A DNA stretch of 63,890 nt, counting the filler, from Myxococcota bacterium (GTDB taxonomy: Bacteria > Myxococcota_C > UBA6777), in assembly GCA_023150835.1 (NCBI GenBank). It is 3 parts of 3 records of this genome, joined end to end, with 100 filler letters (N's around TTAATTAATTAA, not from the genome) between each part and the next. Parts side by side here need not be neighbours in the genome. Positions count along the whole stretch, not along the records: positions 25,982 to 51,840 come from JAKLKB010000096.1; 2 more parts are not named here. The stretch is one strand, 5' to 3'. Below the pieces are notes generated by a model. That model worked only from the letters and a program-made list of their open reading frames with translations, was not told the DNA's origin and ran no database searches. Shown one piece after another: positions 29,653-38,779 of the stretch. A program made the position numbers and the translations under genes. Numbering within the stretch: the first letter of the stretch is position 1; each line of letters opens with the position of its first letter.

Positions 29653-32600
29653 ATGACTCCCAAGCAAGGGCAACCCGCCCGAAAGCACACGAACATTTCC
29701 ACGATCCTGAGCCGTCTGGAAAGTGTCAAACCCACCCAAAAGCACGGACAATGGGAAGCCAAATGCCCCTCCCATGACGACAAGCACCGCTCGCTTTCTA
29801 TCGGAACCAGCACCGATGGCAACATCCTGTTGTTTTGCCACGCAGGTTGTTCTTTCGAGGACATCCTTTCGGACTTGCACTTGCCGAACGCGCCGTCCTC
29901 ACCCCACGACCGACCGATCAAACAGCCCGAAGGCAAGGCATTTTCCACGGCCAACGAAGCGATCCAGCATTACCCTTGGGGCAAGCCTTCGGGAACGTGG
30001 ATCTACATGCGAGAAGGCCAACCCGCCTGTGTGGTGTGCCGATGGGAAGGGCGTGATGATAATAAAATCATCCGCCCTGTCTCGAAGATCGGTGATCTCT
30101 GGTATCAAGCGCAGCTCGAAGGGCCGCGCCCGCTCTACCAAAACGAAGTACTCCCTCCAAACGGCCCGATCTATGTCGTCGAAGGCGAGAAAAAGTGCGT
30201 TGCAAACACCCAACAGGGCTTGTTTTCGGTGACGAGCGCAGGGGGCGCAAACGCCGCAAGATTAACCGATTGGACTCCGCTCCAAGGCCGCGACATCGTG
30301 ATCCTCCCAGATGCCGATGTCTCAGGACAAAAATATGCACAAGAAGTGACGGAGATCCTCAAAGGGGTTGGCGTACGAACGATCAAGATCGTCGAGCTTC
30401 CTGATCTCGAAAAGGGCGAAGATGTCTACGATTGGTATCACCGACTTGGCCGAACATCCGAGCAGATCAAGCAACTTGTGGCGGCAACCCCCTTTGTCTT
30501 CGAGGATACCGCTGGTCTTTCTGGCTCCGCTGACAAGGGGGCTTTTGAGAACTTCAAGCGTTGGCCGGAGCTTTATCGCATCGCGCAAGGTCTGCCGATG
30601 GATCCCCTGCCCATTGTTCCAGAACGCCCGAAGGCTGGGGAGTTTCCACAGATCTCCCTCCATCCCGTGATCGAAGCGATCCACGAGATCACCCGCGCAC
30701 CGTATGTTCTTTGCGCGCAGTCTGTTCTGGCCGCAACAGCGGTCGCAACGCAGCACATCGCCGACATCTCCATACCGGGTCTCGGTGGCCCCGAGACTTC
30801 TTCGCAGCCCACTTCGTGCTTTTTCGTCTCAGTCGCCCAATCCGGCGAGCGGAAGACTGCGATTGATCGTCTCGCAACACTCGGCATCCACGAGTATCAA
30901 CAACAGTTGAAAGCCAACTATAAGCAAGAACTATTGGACTACAACGATGCGTTATGGCGTTGGCAAACCAGCGAAAAAGAACGCTTACGCAACGAAAGTG
31001 GGCCACCCACCGAACCACCGAAACCACCGAAACAGCCGATCCTACAGGTCAAAGAACCTACGCAAGAGGGCTTGTTTCGCATCCTCAAGGTCGGACAGCT
31101 TGCCCAAGGTCTCTTAAACGACGAAGGCGGTACGTTTCTCGGTGGTTTCTCGATGTCAAAAGAACAACGGATGCGTACCGTGAGCACGCTCAATAAGCTG
31201 TGGGATGGCGGGGATCTGGATCGCCCAAGAGCCGCAGATTACGAAGTGTTGAGTGGGCGGCGCTTGTCGTTGCATTTGCAGATCCAGCCGAAAGCCAGCG
31301 CCGATCTGCTTGCGGATGGGATGTTGACGGATCTGGGGTTTTCGGCGCGTTGTTTGGTGGCCGATCCCGAAAGCACCATCGGAACGCGCTTTTTACGACC
31401 CACTCCAGAGGTTGCACATCGTTGGGTGCGATGGTTTGCGGACAGGTTGAAGGTCTCTCTCCAACACAAAGCGACGCTGGACGAAGACGGAGATCTCCGC
31501 CCTCCCACGTTGCAGCTAGAAGGCGAAGCGTTGCGCTTGTGGGGGGCCTTCCACGACGAGATCGAAGCGATGATGCCGAAGCATCGTGAGATCATGGGGT
31601 GGTTGGGGAAAGCACCGCAACATGCGCTGCGTTTGGCGGCCCTGTTGACGGTGTTTCAAGACCCACGTGCGACGCATCTTCCAGCAGCGGCCATCGAGGA
31701 GGGGATCGCGCTTGTGCGCTTCTATCTGAGCGAGCAACTACGCGCCAATGCAGCACGACCCACCGAACAAGAAGAACTCGCGGATCTTTTGCTGCGATGG
31801 CTGCACGAAAAATGGGGTGAGCAAAAGATCTCAGCGCGGGATATCTGTCGCAAAGGCCCAACGAAGCTACGCAAGACCGCTGTGGCAAAACATACGATCA
31901 TGCTGCTGGTGGAGCGGGGATATCTTCAACCGCTGTCAGGCTCGCATCTGATCCAAGGCGAAAAACGCAATCAATGTTTTGCCATCACGGATGGTTTTTC
32001 GGGGGGGGTTGCTCCTGTCGCAAATGGCGCAGCAAGCGTCGCGGAAGGTGTCGCAAATCGCGTCGCGGAAGGTGTCGCAAAAAGACCAATCGAAAAACAT
32101 CAAGAGAAACAAGAGAATAGCGGTCGTGTCGCAAGTGTCGCAGGTGTCGCAACACACAGCGGGCTTTCGGGGATGGATGGGTCATACACGACCTCTTTAC
32201 AGCCATCGGTCAGAGGCGTCGCAACACACCGTGAGCCTTCGGGGTTGGAAGCTGCTATGGGTGGTGTCGCAGCACCTGTCACGATTGTCGCAAACAGCGT
32301 CGCAATGTTTCCATCGGAAAAAGTGCAACAAAAGCAAACTGATAGAGAAGGTGTCGCAGGTGTCGCAACTGTCGCAACACACGGCGCTACTTCGGAATCA
32401 AGAGATCCGCTCCTTTCCTTGGCAACTGGGAGCGTGGGTTCTGTCGCAAGCAGTGTCGCAAACCGTGTCGCAAAGGTAATGATGCAAAAGACCCACTCTC
32501 TGCAAGGCGAAGCAGGAAGTGTCGCAAGTGTCGCGGGCGTCGCGCAACTTTCCGAGACGACGGGTTCGGTAGCCTTCCAATCCAAGTATCGAGGGAATCA

Positions 32601-32859
32601 TAAAGAGACCTCTTCGGAACGTGATATCGAAACCTTTGCGACAGTTGCGACAGTTGCGACAGAACATCCGATACTTCCCGCAAGTCCTTCTGCTACAAGC
32701 CTTTTCTTGCGCTCAGAAAGAGAGCGTGGGGTTGCGACAGAGCTTGCGACGGTCGCGACAGAGCTTGCGACGGTCGCGACAGAGCTTGCGACAGCGTTTG
32801 CGGATGAGGTGTGGGAAATCGAAAGCTCCATCGATGACGGGAGGTGGGGTCGTGGCTAA
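29653..32859 (+). CDS. Primase-helicase: Zn-finger + TOPRIM + DUF3987/YfjI-like
   Basis: AKCPSHDD...CHAGC, VVEGEK, PDAD, AQSGERKT, NDEGG, LWDG, GFSARCL; low-complexity VA/AT tail. Confidence 0.88.
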   Translation: MTPKQGQPARKHTNISTILSRLESVKPTQKHGQWEAKCPSHDDKHRSLSIGTSTDGNILLFCHAGCSFEDILSDLHLPNAPSSPHDRPIKQPEGKAFSTANEAIQHYPWGKPSGTWIYMREGQPACVVCRWEGRDDNKIIRPVSKIGDLWYQAQLEGPRPLYQNEVLPPNGPIYVVEGEKKCVANTQQGLFSVTSAGGANAARLTDWTPLQGRDIVILPDADVSGQKYAQEVTEILKGVGVRTIKIVELPDLEKGEDVYDWYHRLGRTSEQIKQLVAATPFVFEDTAGLSGSADKGAFENFKRWPELYRIAQGLPMDPLPIVPERPKAGEFPQISLHPVIEAIHEITRAPYVLCAQSVLAATAVATQHIADISIPGLGGPETSSQPTSCFFVSVAQSGERKTAIDRLATLGIHEYQQQLKANYKQELLDYNDALWRWQTSEKERLRNESGPPTEPPKPPKQPILQVKEPTQEGLFRILKVGQLAQGLLNDEGGTFLGGFSMSKEQRMRTVSTLNKLWDGGDLDRPRAADYEVLSGRRLSLHLQIQPKASADLLADGMLTDLGFSARCLVADPESTIGTRFLRPTPEVAHRWVRWFADRLKVSLQHKATLDEDGDLRPPTLQLEGEALRLWGAFHDEIEAMMPKHREIMGWLGKAPQHALRLAALLTVFQDPRATHLPAAAIEEGIALVRFYLSEQLRANAARPTEQEELADLLLRWLHEKWGEQKISARDICRKGPTKLRKTAVAKHTIMLLVERGYLQPLSGSHLIQGEKRNQCFAITDGFSGGVAPVANGAASVAEGVANRVAEGVAKRPIEKHQEKQENSGRVASVAGVATHSGLSGMDGSYTTSLQPSVRGVATHREPSGLEAAMGGVAAPVTIVANSVAMFPSEKVQQKQTDREGVAGVATVATHGATSESRDPLLSLATGSVGSVASSVANRVAKVMMQKTHSLQGEAGSVASVAGVAQLSETTGSVAFQSKYRGNHKETSSERDIETFATVATVATEHPILPASPSATSLFLRSERERGVATELATVATELATVATELATAFADEVWEIESSIDDGRWGRG
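32016..32795. repeat. Iteron-like convergent heptamer array inside the primase 3' end
   Basis: About 20 (T/C)GTCGC(A/G) copies to 32545, then about 9 reverse-complement (T/C)GCGAC(A/G) copies from 32636. Confidence 0.8.
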
Positions 32860-33274
32860 ACGGTATCTCAAAGGGCTGCACTTGACCGCTGCGGATCTCG
32901 CATCGGGGATCAAGGCGGCAAGTCGTCGCCCCTCTCCAGAGTCGGCGGCATTTCTCAAGGTTCTCGAAACGGCGTCGGGTGTTTGTGGTGAAACGGCGTT
33001 GTTGAACAGGTTGAGGGAGGGATGGCGGCCAAGCCTCGATAACCTCCTTGATGCGGGCCTCGATGCTTTGGCTTTGCGTTGGATGCCTGAAGGAGCCATC
33101 GAGATCAAGATCGACGGTCGGAGTGTGAGGATCAGCAGTCATCGTTTTGTCGATGTCATGCACCAGATCGCCGAATTACCTGCGCACGAACGCCAAGAGT
33201 GGTTGGTGGAATTCGTGCGCGTGCAGTCCCTTCTACCCGGATGTATACGTCGACTACAAAGAGTATCTATTTGA
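32852..33274 (+). CDS. Hypothetical protein
   Basis: GTG start overlapping the primase stop; GGAGG upstream. Confidence 0.55.
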   Translation: MAKRYLKGLHLTAADLASGIKAASRRPSPESAAFLKVLETASGVCGETALLNRLREGWRPSLDNLLDAGLDALALRWMPEGAIEIKIDGRSVRISSHRFVDVMHQIAELPAHERQEWLVEFVRVQSLLPGCIRRLQRVSI

Positions 33275-33995
33275 TTGGTTTATATTATTTATATAGAGAA
33301 CATATTTACATGAACAAATAGCCAGTATTCTACGCAGAAACAACACAATCGACTTGCGTCCGCTCATCCGCAGATTGCAGCAAGCGAATTTCCAGATCTC
33401 TATCGCCCATGACGAAGTACCGTCTGTCCCAAAGAGGATGCGATCACTCGGCGGTTGTATTCCTTCACAGCATCGATCAGGTAGGGTGTGGGTTCTTCGT
33501 CGAACAAGTCTTGCACTTTTTGCACGTCTTCAATAGGAAGGCTCGCCGTTTCTTGTAAAGCGTCGATGTAAAACGCAAAGGTATCTTCTTTGACTGACTC
33601 AGCCTCGATTAATTCTGACACCTCTAGGCTTTTCTTGGCGTTTGGTGGCAAGAGTTCCATCCGCATACTCCATTATGGGTCAAATTGACAGCGTGGGGCG
33701 CAAGAAGCGAACCCGTCACAGAAGAAAAGAACGGCACCAAGCATGGGTTCACCTCGCGGGCCTCGCAAGTCCGTATAGCGCTAGACCACGTAGACTTGCA
33801 AGGGCTAAACGTTTTTTGACTCGCGCCCTCTCTCCTTGGAAGAAAAGGCTACGATCTCTCCCAAACAACCTTTCTCTTGCTCTGATTCACCGCCTTGACT
33901 TTGCACTTTGCTTGGGTATCCTCAAGCGATTGAATCGACGTGAAAGATCTGTTACCTCACGGAGCAGACCGCGCCAAGCGTGATGGAGGCGGTAC

Positions 33996-36908
33996 ATGAC
34001 CATCGACACCGTTCAAAGTAAGGCCAATCCACAGCAGCTCGAAGCGATTCTCGCAACAGATGGCCCTGTTCTGATTATCGCAGGCCCCGGCTCTGGCAAA
34101 ACATTTACACTTGTTGAGCGGATTGTTTACCTTATCACGCACAAAGGTGTTGCTCCTGAGTCATTGCTTGTTGTGACTTTTACGGACAAGGCTGCTCGCG
34201 AACTTACGACACGCATCTCGAATCGACTGTCCGAGTTGGGTGTCCACTTCAACCTCAACGAGATGTACCTCGGAACCTTCCACTCGATCTGTCTGCGCTT
34301 GCTCGAAGATTACCGCGAGTTCACGCGACTCAAGCGCAGCTTTACGCTGTTCGATGAGTTCGACCAACAGTACTTCCTTTACCAGCACATCAAGGACTTC
34401 CGTTCGTTGCCCGATGCTCGACTTGTGATGGGTGAAGAGCAATCTGGCCGATGGACGCAATCAGAAAACCTCCTCAAATGGCTGAATAAGGTAAGAGAGG
34501 AAGCACTCAACCCCGATACGTTGGCGGCAGCCCCCGAAGCGGAGATCCGAGCGCTCTCCGCATGCTTCGCGAAATACCAACAGATGCTGCTCGAACATAA
34601 CTCGCTCGACTTTTCCGGCATCCAGTACGAAGCGCTGCAACTCTTAGAAAAGCATCCGCATGTGCTCGCGCAGCTACGCGAAAAGCTAACGTATCTGATG
34701 GTCGATGAGTACCAAGACACCAACACCATCCAAGAACGTATCCTTTTGTTGCTTGCAGGTGAGCGCCGAAATCTGTGTGTGGTGGGTGACGACGATCAAG
34801 GCTTGTATCGCTTTCGTGGAGCGACGATCCGTAACATTCTGGAATTTCCCTCCTTGTTTCCCGATACACCGTGTAAACGGGTCAAACTCACCGTCAATTA
34901 TCGCTCACACCCAGATATCATCCGTTTCTACAACAAGTGGATGCGTGCGCAAGACTGGGGCGATGGGACGCAAGTGTTTCGTTTTGCCAAAGAGATCGTG
35001 CCGCGTCACGGTACATTTCCCGAAGTTCCCACGACGTTGCGTTTGGCCGCAAAAGACGAAAAGGACGAGACCACAAGTTGGCACGGTGAGGTACTCGCAT
35101 TCCTTCATGGCTTACAAGCATCAGGGCGATTGGCTGACTGGAATCAGGTCGCTTTCCTCTTTCGTTCCGTGAAAAATGACAGGGTCGTCGCTCTTGCGCG
35201 TTTCCTCGAAGAGCAAGGCATCCCAGTGTTCTCACCCCGTTCCAATATGTTCTTTGATCGAGAAGAGATCCGCTTGATGATCGGTGCCTTGATTTTCCTT
35301 TTCCCGCAATTCTCGGCGGTGCGGGTTTGGGCCGAAGGAGCAAAGTTAGCCGTCTGGGACTACTACGATCACCAGTGCTTCAAGCCTTTTACGGATGAAC
35401 TGCGAAAGCCTGAAAACAAAGCGTTGTGGGACTGGGCGAGACCGCTGGCAAAACGCCACTTGGCGTTGACACAGAACACGGACTATGCCTTCTCAGGCTT
35501 GTTTTACCAACTTCTCCAATTCCCTTTGTTCTCGCGATTTCTGACCGAAGAAGCCATCCTCGGCGTGGACAAAGGCCGCGCAGCACGCAATCTCGGTACT
35601 TTTTCCAAGCTGATCACCAAATTCGAATACTTGCACCACATCAGCGTCTTGAGTACCGAATACCTCGAAAAAAACATCCGCGATCTATTCAACCAATTTC
35701 TACGCTTCCTTGCGGACGGAGGGATCGGCGAATACGAAGACGAGGCCGAGTACGTCCCCAAAGGTTGCGTGTCTTTTCTCACGATCCACCAATCCAAGGG
35801 GCTGGAATTTCCGATTGTGGTGTGTGGCTCGCTGGAGGCCGTACCACGCAAACAATACAGCGACTTGGACGTTTTGCTCGAAAACGGCGACTACCTCTCC
35901 AAAAAACGCTTTGAGCCATTGGATGACATCAAGTTCTTTGATTTCTGGCGATTGTTTTATACAGCCTTTTCTCGTGCACAAAACCTGTTGGTCTTGGCTG
36001 CTCAGGAACGACAAGGACACGGAAAGTCGCCCTCCAAGTATTTCGAGCCGTTGTTTTACGAGCTACCCAGTTGGCGCGACTTGGATCTCTCGGTGCTGAC
36101 TTTCGAGGCGATCAAGCAGATGAACCTAAAGCGCGAATACTCGTTCACTTCGCACATCACGGTGTTTGAGAACTGTGCGGAACAGTACCGCTTTTTCAAA
36201 GAGTTGGAATTTACTCCCATCCGCGAAAGCCCGATGTTGTTTGGAACTTTGGTACACCAAACCATCGAGGACATCCACAAGGCCGTTTTGCGCGGTGAAG
36301 AATCCACCGTAGACACCGACGCAATCAACGTCTGGTTCTCAGCCAACTACGCGATGCTTTCCAAAAAAGAACGTGTGTACCTCGCTCCAAGCTCGCAAAA
36401 GGCGGCGCTTGAGCATGTTCTGCGCTACTACAAGCGCGAAAACGGCAATTGGGAACGCATCAAGGAAGCCGAAGTCGAGATATCGTTGGTCAAAGAGCAA
36501 TACATCTTGAGAGGAAACGTCGACTTGATCCGTGGTGAGCATGGAACGGTTGAGATCGTCGACTTTAAGTCGGAGAAAAAACCCGACATGGACAAAGATC
36601 GAGAGCGTCTCAAGCAGTACCAACACCAACTGGAAGTGTACGCCCACCTTGTTGAACAACGCACAGGCCAAAAGGTCAGCCGAATGCACCTGTACTACAC
36701 GGGCGAAGACAGCGGCAATCCCTATGTTTCGTTCACGAAAGACGACCGTTCTATCGGCAAAACCATCGCACGATTCGATGATATCGTGGCGCGTATCGAG
36801 CATCAGGACTACCAGATCGCCGCACGACCAGCCAAATTGTGCACCAACTGCGATATGCGTGCGTATTGTGATTCCAAAAATTGGAAATTTAGGAAAAAGA
36901 ATCCATGA
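33996..36908 (+). CDS. UvrD/REP helicase fused to PD-(D/E)XK nuclease with Cys cluster
   Basis: AGPGSGKT, VDEYQD, GDDDQ, NYRS, TIHQSKGLE, VDLI...IVDFKS, QLEVY, CTNCDMRAYC. Confidence 0.93.
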   Translation: MTIDTVQSKANPQQLEAILATDGPVLIIAGPGSGKTFTLVERIVYLITHKGVAPESLLVVTFTDKAARELTTRISNRLSELGVHFNLNEMYLGTFHSICLRLLEDYREFTRLKRSFTLFDEFDQQYFLYQHIKDFRSLPDARLVMGEEQSGRWTQSENLLKWLNKVREEALNPDTLAAAPEAEIRALSACFAKYQQMLLEHNSLDFSGIQYEALQLLEKHPHVLAQLREKLTYLMVDEYQDTNTIQERILLLLAGERRNLCVVGDDDQGLYRFRGATIRNILEFPSLFPDTPCKRVKLTVNYRSHPDIIRFYNKWMRAQDWGDGTQVFRFAKEIVPRHGTFPEVPTTLRLAAKDEKDETTSWHGEVLAFLHGLQASGRLADWNQVAFLFRSVKNDRVVALARFLEEQGIPVFSPRSNMFFDREEIRLMIGALIFLFPQFSAVRVWAEGAKLAVWDYYDHQCFKPFTDELRKPENKALWDWARPLAKRHLALTQNTDYAFSGLFYQLLQFPLFSRFLTEEAILGVDKGRAARNLGTFSKLITKFEYLHHISVLSTEYLEKNIRDLFNQFLRFLADGGIGEYEDEAEYVPKGCVSFLTIHQSKGLEFPIVVCGSLEAVPRKQYSDLDVLLENGDYLSKKRFEPLDDIKFFDFWRLFYTAFSRAQNLLVLAAQERQGHGKSPSKYFEPLFYELPSWRDLDLSVLTFEAIKQMNLKREYSFTSHITVFENCAEQYRFFKELEFTPIRESPMLFGTLVHQTIEDIHKAVLRGEESTVDTDAINVWFSANYAMLSKKERVYLAPSSQKAALEHVLRYYKRENGNWERIKEAEVEISLVKEQYILRGNVDLIRGEHGTVEIVDFKSEKKPDMDKDRERLKQYQHQLEVYAHLVEQRTGQKVSRMHLYYTGEDSGNPYVSFTKDDRSIGKTIARFDDIVARIEHQDYQIAARPAKLCTNCDMRAYCDSKNWKFRKKNP

Positions 36909-38779
36909 CAAAAACAACCGTCCCAAATCAGACCGCGCTACCACTCGCTGCACCGAACCAAGGCGCCACCAACGTCGAGAAGTTCGAATTCGAGCCGATC
37001 AAAGGCTATCCGATGCTGAATTGGCGCGGCAAACGTCCGTTCACTTCAACACAGTATTACCCAGCGCAACTAAAGGAAGTCCACGGCGAAGAAGTCGACG
37101 GCTGGCGCAACAAAATTTTCTGGGGCGACAACCTTCAAGTGATGAGCCATCTGCTTAAAGAATTTCGGGGAAAGGTTGATTTAATCTATATCGACCCTCC
37201 TTTCGATTCTAAAGCTGATTACAAAATGACAGTCACCACAAAAGGAAAATCAATATCTAATAATTGGTTATCCTTTGAAGAAAAACAGTACGGTGATATT
37301 TGGGTAAACGATGAATACTTACAATTCATGTTTGATCGTATTGTCATCGCACGAGAGCTTATTTCTTCTTCCGGTGCATTTTTTATGCATTGTGACTGGC
37401 ATAAGTCTCATCATTTACGTTGCCTATTGGATGAAATCTTTGGTTTTTCAAATTTCAGAAACGAAATTATTTGGGCATATCCAGGTCGAGAAATGCATAT
37501 AGAGAAAAAATATAACTCAAAACACGACACGATTCTATTCTATGCAAAATCAGAAAGTACTCGCGTGTATATGAAGCAAATTGCCATTACATACGACCGC
37601 GAAGAGAGGCTGAGAACTTTGCGAAGAAAAGTCCACCAAGATGTTGACGGGCGAGAATGGGTGTGGGAGACGCGTGGTCAAGCGACAGGACAAGAACCAT
37701 ACAAACGTTATATCGACGAAATTCTTGAAGATGGCAAAGCTATAAACGATTACTGGAACGACATTGAATATTCCGGGATAGATGATTGTTGGGATGACAT
37801 TCAATTTCTTCGCGGAAACGACCCAAAAAGAACTGGATACCCAACTCAAAAACCCGAGTCTCTTCTAGAGCGGATTGTAAAAGGGCATACACAGGAGGGA
37901 GGGCTAGTCTTCGATTGCTTTATGGGTTCGGGGACAACGCAGGCTGTTGCGATGAAGCTTGGGCGTCGCTTCATCGGAGCGGACATCAATTTGGGAGCGA
38001 TCCAAACAACGACAAAACGACTCATCAGCGTTGGCGGCGAAATCACACAAAGATCGCTGGATAACCAGACCAAACACTTTACAGGATTCGAGGTGTACAA
38101 CGTCAACCACTACGACATCTTCCGCAACCCTGTTCAAGCCAAGGAGTTGCTGATCGAGGCATTGGAGGTGCAGACGCTGGAGTTCAGTACCGTGTTTGAT
38201 GGCGAAAAGGACGGTCGCATGGTCAAGATCATGCCGATCAATCGGATCGCAACGCGGGCGGATTTGAACGAGTTAATTGCAGGCTTTGACTACAAAACAT
38301 GGGAACAAAAGCAGATCGAAAGTCCAAATCGTTCCGTCGAAAAACTTACGCTTGTCTGTATGGGACACGAACCCGATCTGGCTGCCCAACTGGAATTGGC
38401 CGTCAAGCCGTTCAAGATCGACGTCGAAGTGGTGGATATCCTGCGGGACAAAGCTGATTTGGAATTCAAACGCGATTCCCAAGCCCAACTCGCCATCAAG
38501 GGAGGCAAGCTGATTATCGAGAAGTTCTACCCGATGAACCTCCTACAAAAACTCTCTCTTCAAAAAGAGGCGGTGGAGGATTGGAAAGAGTTGGTCGAGT
38601 CTGTGCTGGTGGATTGGAATTACGATGGTGCGGTGCTTCAACCAGCAGAGTTGGACATTCCCGACAAAAACGAACTGGTCAAGGGCGAGTACAAGATACC
38701 AAAAGACGCGGGAACGATTCGCGTGAAGATCACAGACTTGCTCTCGGAGTCATGGGAAGGAAGCATCGACAATGGCTAA
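36905..38779 (+). CDS. mod: Type III R-M modification subunit (adenine MTase)
   Basis: WGDNL, IYIDPPF, YPTQKPE, DCFMGSGTT. Confidence 0.9.
   Translation: MTKTTVPNQTALPLAAPNQGATNVEKFEFEPIKGYPMLNWRGKRPFTSTQYYPAQLKEVHGEEVDGWRNKIFWGDNLQVMSHLLKEFRGKVDLIYIDPPFDSKADYKMTVTTKGKSISNNWLSFEEKQYGDIWVNDEYLQFMFDRIVIARELISSSGAFFMHCDWHKSHHLRCLLDEIFGFSNFRNEIIWAYPGREMHIEKKYNSKHDTILFYAKSESTRVYMKQIAITYDREERLRTLRRKVHQDVDGREWVWETRGQATGQEPYKRYIDEILEDGKAINDYWNDIEYSGIDDCWDDIQFLRGNDPKRTGYPTQKPESLLERIVKGHTQEGGLVFDCFMGSGTTQAVAMKLGRRFIGADINLGAIQTTTKRLISVGGEITQRSLDNQTKHFTGFEVYNVNHYDIFRNPVQAKELLIEALEVQTLEFSTVFDGEKDGRMVKIMPINRIATRADLNELIAGFDYKTWEQKQIESPNRSVEKLTLVCMGHEPDLAAQLELAVKPFKIDVEVVDILRDKADLEFKRDSQAQLAIKGGKLIIEKFYPMNLLQKLSLQKEAVEDWKELVESVLVDWNYDGAVLQPAELDIPDKNELVKGEYKIPKDAGTIRVKITDLLSESWEGSIDNG

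Noticed and set aside
33400-33666. 88-aa minus-strand ORF
   Set aside because: May be a real gene fragment but cannot be assigned from sequence alone
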